A DNA stretch of 64,000 bases from Promethearchaeota archaeon (GTDB taxonomy: Archaea; Asgardarchaeota; Lokiarchaeia; Sigyniarchaeales; SOKP01), in the NCBI GenBank assembly GCA_013375475.1, contig JABXKD010000002.1:32001-96000 (forward strand), in the 5' to 3' direction. A program made the translations under genes and the position numbers. The notes under the pieces are model-generated. The model made no database searches and was not told where the DNA came from. It was given only the letters and a program-made list of their open reading frames with translations. Positions 60,112-64,000 of the stretch are shown piece by piece; within the stretch, counting starts at the first letter, position 1, and each line of letters begins with the position of its first letter.

Positions 60112-60678
60112 ATGGAAGTACTACCAGATTTTTCTCAGATCAAAAATCTGCGAAAAAGCCTAAACATAAGTCAAAAAGAACTGGGAGAAGAATTAAAATT
60201 ATCCCAATCTACGATATCGAGAATAGAAAATGGAACGATGGATCCTCCATATTCCAAGTTTAAAATGATTTACGAATTCTTAGAGAACGAAAAAAGATCC
60301 AGAAAAAGATCTAAAAAACACGCGAAAGATATATTAACTCCCAAGATTATATTTATTAAGCCGCAATCAACTGTAAGAGATGCTGTGGAACTTATGACAA
60401 AATATAACATCTCTCAGTTACCAATTTTAGAAAACAACCAAAATTACGGAAGTATTACTTCAAAAAGAATTCAAAAGTACATAACTGATGATCCTGTAAT
60501 ATTAAATTTAAAAGTTACCGATGTTAAAGAACTGCCTTTTCCAGAAGTAGATAAAAATTGGAACGTAAAAGATATTTCTAGTTTACTTTTAAATTATCCT
60601 GCAGTTTTAGTTAAAGAAAATAAAGTATTCATAGGAATAATTACAGATTCTAATTTCCTTAATCTTACAATCGAATAA
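60112..60678 (+). CDS. XRE-type HTH plus CBS-pair transcriptional regulator
   Basis: SQKELG..LSQSTISRIENG.MDP; ISQLPI, IGIIT. Confidence 0.9.
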   Translation: MEVLPDFSQIKNLRKSLNISQKELGEELKLSQSTISRIENGTMDPPYSKFKMIYEFLENEKRSRKRSKKHAKDILTPKIIFIKPQSTVRDAVELMTKYNISQLPILENNQNYGSITSKRIQKYITDDPVILNLKVTDVKELPFPEVDKNWNVKDISSLLLNYPAVLVKENKVFIGIITDSNFLNLTIE

Positions 60679-60804
60679 AGAAGTAGGAACGCTTTACATT
60701 TATCAAATGAATCCTTTCTAGCGATTTAATTAATTTTTTCTATGCTTAATTTCAAAATGAAAAAATTTTATTAGATTATATATCTTTTAAAATAATGGGA
60801 ATAT

Positions 60805-61815
60805 ATGACTGGGACTATACTTGAAAGAATTGATAATTTGTTAACAAAAAACAATTATGAAACATTTCTCCTAGACAATTTTACCGATAAAAAGAATAAA
60901 TTTTGTTTTGATTTATTGGTAAAAAAGAATGGCAATATTTTTAGTGTCAAAATTTTCAAAAATATTGATAACTTAAGCGCTGATATTATTGACGATATTA
61001 AATCCCTGTCTTTATTATTAAAATCAAAACCTCTACTGATTGGAATTAGAAACCGTTATCAAGAATTAGAAGATAATACAATTTATATACGAGAAGGGCT
61101 ACCGTTTATAACTTTAACAACTTTAGAAAACTTAGTTAGTAAAGATTTATATCCTCACATATTAGCGAGGAGAGGAGGCGGAGTAATGTTTATAAATGGT
61201 AATATAATGAAACTTTTGAGAGAAAAGCGCTCACTATCACGAAAAGAGCTTTCAGAATTGCTAGGTCTTGCAAAAAGAACAATCTGTGCTTATGAAAACG
61301 AAAGTATGCGCCCTTCAGAATCAATTGCAAATAAAATCTCAGAGATTCTAGACAATCAAGATATTTTCAGGAAAATAAATCTCTTTGAATGGAACTTCAA
61401 ATTTGAAATTGATAAGAAAGAAACTCGGGAAGAGATTGATTTAAATCCTTTTGAATCTCATCTTCAAGAAGTCTTAGACGATATTGGAATTAGTTCCTAT
61501 TGGTACAGAAAAAGTCCAATTCCGTTCAAATTGTCTCTCTATTCAAATACACCCGACGAGAAAGATGAACATAGTTTTTATCCACTTTTTTCAGGAGTTT
61601 CTGAAGAAGATAAAAAAATCAACGAACTTAGTTTTAAATGTTTGAAGATGTTTACAGAAGTATTTCACACAAATTCTCTTTTTATTGTAAATAATGACAT
61701 AAAAATACCCGACTCATTAAAGAAAATTAAAATTCCTATTGTAAAAATTAGAAATCTAGAAAAAGTTGACGACGAAGCGGAATTTATTGACCTCATCCAA
61801 GAATCAGGTAATTAA
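60805..61815 (+). CDS. Conserved archaeal HTH transcriptional regulator (endonuclease-like fold plus XRE HTH)
   Basis: CFDLLVKK, KIFKNIDNL, ARRGG, SRKELSELLG..KRTICAYE. Confidence 0.85.
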   Translation: MTGTILERIDNLLTKNNYETFLLDNFTDKKNKFCFDLLVKKNGNIFSVKIFKNIDNLSADIIDDIKSLSLLLKSKPLLIGIRNRYQELEDNTIYIREGLPFITLTTLENLVSKDLYPHILARRGGGVMFINGNIMKLLREKRSLSRKELSELLGLAKRTICAYENESMRPSESIANKISEILDNQDIFRKINLFEWNFKFEIDKKETREEIDLNPFESHLQEVLDDIGISSYWYRKSPIPFKLSLYSNTPDEKDEHSFYPLFSGVSEEDKKINELSFKCLKMFTEVFHTNSLFIVNNDIKIPDSLKKIKIPIVKIRNLEKVDDEAEFIDLIQESGN

Positions 61816-62485
61816 GCGAGAAATAATTTGTGGTATTGACGAGGCGGGAAGAGGGCCTGTCTTAGGTCCAATGGTTATCTGTGGTGTCTGTTTTATTGAA
61901 TCAAAATTAAAGATCTTAAGTGAAATAGGAGTAAAGGATTCAAAAAAATTATCAGCAAAACAACGCTCTAAATTAGCAAAATTAATAAAACAAAATTGTG
62001 AAAGTTATAAAACAATAATAGTTAATGCTCAAGAAATCGATGCAAGAGAAGAAAAAAGAATTACACTAAATAGACTTGAAGAAATTAAAATGGCAGAGAT
62101 CCTCAATGAGTTAAAGCCGGATGTTATATATATAGACGCTGCTGATGTCAATGAAGAAAGATTTAAAAAATCTATTTTAAAGCAATTAAATTATTCACCT
62201 AAGAAAATTATTTCTAAGCACAAAGCTGATGATCTATTCCCAGTAGTCTCAGCCAGTTCAATTATAGCTAAGGATTTGAGAGATAATATTATTGAAGATC
62301 TAAAAAAAAAATACGGAGAATTAGGCTCAGGATACCCTTCTGATATACAATCCATAGAATTTCTACGAGAATGGATAAGAGAAAAGAAGAAGGTCCCTCA
62401 TTTCGCAAGAAAATCGTGGGAAACTACCAAAAAGATCGTCAGAGAAGAATTATTTAACACTAAAATAACTGATTTTATGAATTGA
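61766..62485 (+). CDS. rnhB: Ribonuclease HII
   Basis: GIDEAGRGPVLGPM, DSKKL, SASSIIAK, GSGYPSD, C-terminal PIP-like TKITDFM; start uncertain. Confidence 0.95.
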   Translation: MTTKRNLLTSSKNQVIKREIICGIDEAGRGPVLGPMVICGVCFIESKLKILSEIGVKDSKKLSAKQRSKLAKLIKQNCESYKTIIVNAQEIDAREEKRITLNRLEEIKMAEILNELKPDVIYIDAADVNEERFKKSILKQLNYSPKKIISKHKADDLFPVVSASSIIAKDLRDNIIEDLKKKYGELGSGYPSDIQSIEFLREWIREKKKVPHFARKSWETTKKIVREELFNTKITDFMN

Positions 62486-62525
62486 GTTTAGTAACTAAAT
62501 GAGTAATAAAATTCTTTATACATAT

Positions 62526-63215
62526 TTATTTCTGAACCGTTAGAATAATGTGATTTGCAGCGAAATTGTGGATATTAATGCTGTCAATAATTATATAGCC
62601 CGCTTTTTCTATAATTCTTTTTTCTTGGCTGTAAATCTTTTCTGATTTTTGAACGCTGTTAATTGATTGGGATTTTATAGCGAGTATTAAAGTTCCATTA
62701 TCTTTTAGGTAGTAATTACAGTTTTCAATGGCTATTTCTGCTTGATTAGGTTGAGCGATGTCTTGATAAACGAGATCAATAAGAGTAAAAATACAATTAG
62801 CATAGCTTTCGGGAAAATTAGCATCAGCTAAGATAGGAATGATATTTTTTCTTTTATCGCTGTTTTGAATCAATTGTCTCATGCTACGCTCAGCGAATTC
62901 GACTCCGTAAATAACTCCATTGTAAACAATGTCCGAAAGATGAGATATTGTGGTTCCAGAGGATGCACCCAAATACAAGCAATTTAAATCCTTCGATAAG
63001 AATTCTAACGAAGGCTTTTCTAATATCATCGCAGCTAATTTGCTTCTAAAGGGGTCCCATTCTCGGTATTCTTCTCCTTTAAAAGTAATTAATTTCTCTC
63101 CATATACTTTATTACCTGGAACTAAGTTCTTAGAATAAAGTTTTAGATTATTGGGTACTCCTGAGATATAAACATTTGAAAATTTTGGATGGGCTCTTAT
63201 ATTAATATTGCTCAA
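62526..63215 (-). CDS. flpA: Fibrillarin (box C/D 2'-O-methyltransferase)
   Basis: VYGE, WDPFRSKLAA, LYLGASSGTT, DIAQPNQ; start set at TTG 63215 after GGAGG. Confidence 0.95.
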   Translation of the reverse strand: MSNINIRAHPKFSNVYISGVPNNLKLYSKNLVPGNKVYGEKLITFKGEEYREWDPFRSKLAAMILEKPSLEFLSKDLNCLYLGASSGTTISHLSDIVYNGVIYGVEFAERSMRQLIQNSDKRKNIIPILADANFPESYANCIFTLIDLVYQDIAQPNQAEIAIENCNYYLKDNGTLILAIKSQSINSVQKSEKIYSQEKRIIEKAGYIIIDSINIHNFAANHIILTVQK

Positions 63216-63222
63216 TTTACCA

Positions 63223-64000
63223 TTACCTCCTTTTTTTTTTATACATTTGTTTTTTACTCGAACTAATCTTACTTTTAGGTTCACTTTTTTTAAGTGGAGG
63301 GTTAGGATATTTCTTCTCAATTTCTAGAATTTTTTCGTTTATATCCTTTGAAAGCATATCAGCTACAAATTCTCCTCCAAAAAAATCTACTTTTGCTGAA
63401 ATTCCAATCTTTCCTGAGATCACTCGAGAAATTTTTCCGCGATTCCAGGGCTTACTTCCTCGGATTTGGTTCCATTGAAAAATCAATCCGTGTTTTGGGC
63501 GTTTTTCGCCAGTTTTAAGAAACCTATATAAAGCTTTCTCAGCTCCCAAGAGCTGAATCCTCGAAGCCGGCATAAATGCTAATTTTTTTAAACTTCCCGC
63601 CTTTGCTATTAGTTTCGCCCCAATTAAACCTCCAACTAAAGCAAAGAGATTTGGAGCAACTTGTTCCATCAACATATCTAAATGATCCTCTAACTCTTGC
63701 CTAAAATCGTCCAAGGATAGAATTTCATGAGCATATTTTTTAATTATACTAATTTCAATATCCGCTCCCATTGAACTGGATGCTAAATTTTGCAACAGAT
63801 TAATTCTCGATTCCTTAAAACTGAACTCCTGGTCGATCTTTTCATAAGTAAAATTATCTCGTTTTCCTAAAATTGTAATTAATTTTGCAATAAGGATATT
63901 TTCTTCGATAAATTTATCTGTTAATTCCGGAAAATGTAAACCATACCATTCTCTCATGCGACTTGAGAACAAACTTATAGATTTTTTAAGAATATCCAAA
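63223..64000 (-). CDS. nop5: Nop5 (Nop56/58) box C/D RNP protein, 5'-truncated by the window edge
   Basis: REWYGLHFPEL, APNL, IQLLGAEKAL, PKHG. Confidence 0.95.
   Translation of the reverse strand, partial: LDILKKSISLFSSRMREWYGLHFPELTDKFIEENILIAKLITILGKRDNFTYEKIDQEFSFKESRINLLQNLASSSMGADIEISIIKKYAHEILSLDDFRQELEDHLDMLMEQVAPNLFALVGGLIGAKLIAKAGSLKKLAFMPASRIQLLGAEKALYRFLKTGEKRPKHGLIFQWNQIRGSKPWNRGKISRVISGKIGISAKVDFFGGEFVADMLSKDINEKILEIEKKYPNPPLKKSEPKSKISSSKKQMYKKKRR

Noticed and set aside
199-63138. Numerous short antisense or alternate-frame ORFs in the track (e.g. 199-393, 7601-7957, 15788-16171, 50330-50701, 53266-53829, 55894-56226)
   Set aside because: They are shadows of well-supported genes with no recognisable motifs.
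63216-63320. 35-aa N-terminal extension of fibrillarin
   Set aside because: It overlaps the nop5 3' end; TTG 63215 follows a GGAGG and gives the normal length.

Overview
AT-rich archaeal chromosomal window, most likely Asgard (Lokiarchaeia-like). The assignment rests on unsplit RpoB, PolD, PAN, TFE, archaeal MetK and CarS together with a roadblock-Rab-like GTPase fusion and a longin-domain protein. It is mostly housekeeping: replication (DP1, DP2, Cdc6, intein-containing NrdD), transcription, RNA processing (Cbf5, fibrillarin, Nop5, RtcB, archease, SmAP3) and three tRNAs, two of which have bulge-helix-bulge (BHB) introns. Four things stand out. (1) elf1 is interrupted inside its first CxxC by a 30-nt, stop-containing insert that folds as a relaxed BHB and splices exactly to CPNC, which makes it a candidate tRNA-type intron in an mRNA. 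(2) There is a possible actin-regulatory neighbourhood: an unannotated 51-aa WH2-like micro-protein, a BAR-like helical protein and a small WAVE/WASH-like protein (coiled coil, polyproline, C-terminal helix). (3) An eight-gene uncharacterised operon encodes an AAA+ ATPase, a degenerate SMC-like protein and a KITE/MAGE-like protein. (4) Some genes appear to start at ATT/ATC. All family calls come from motif recognition by eye; no database searches were run.
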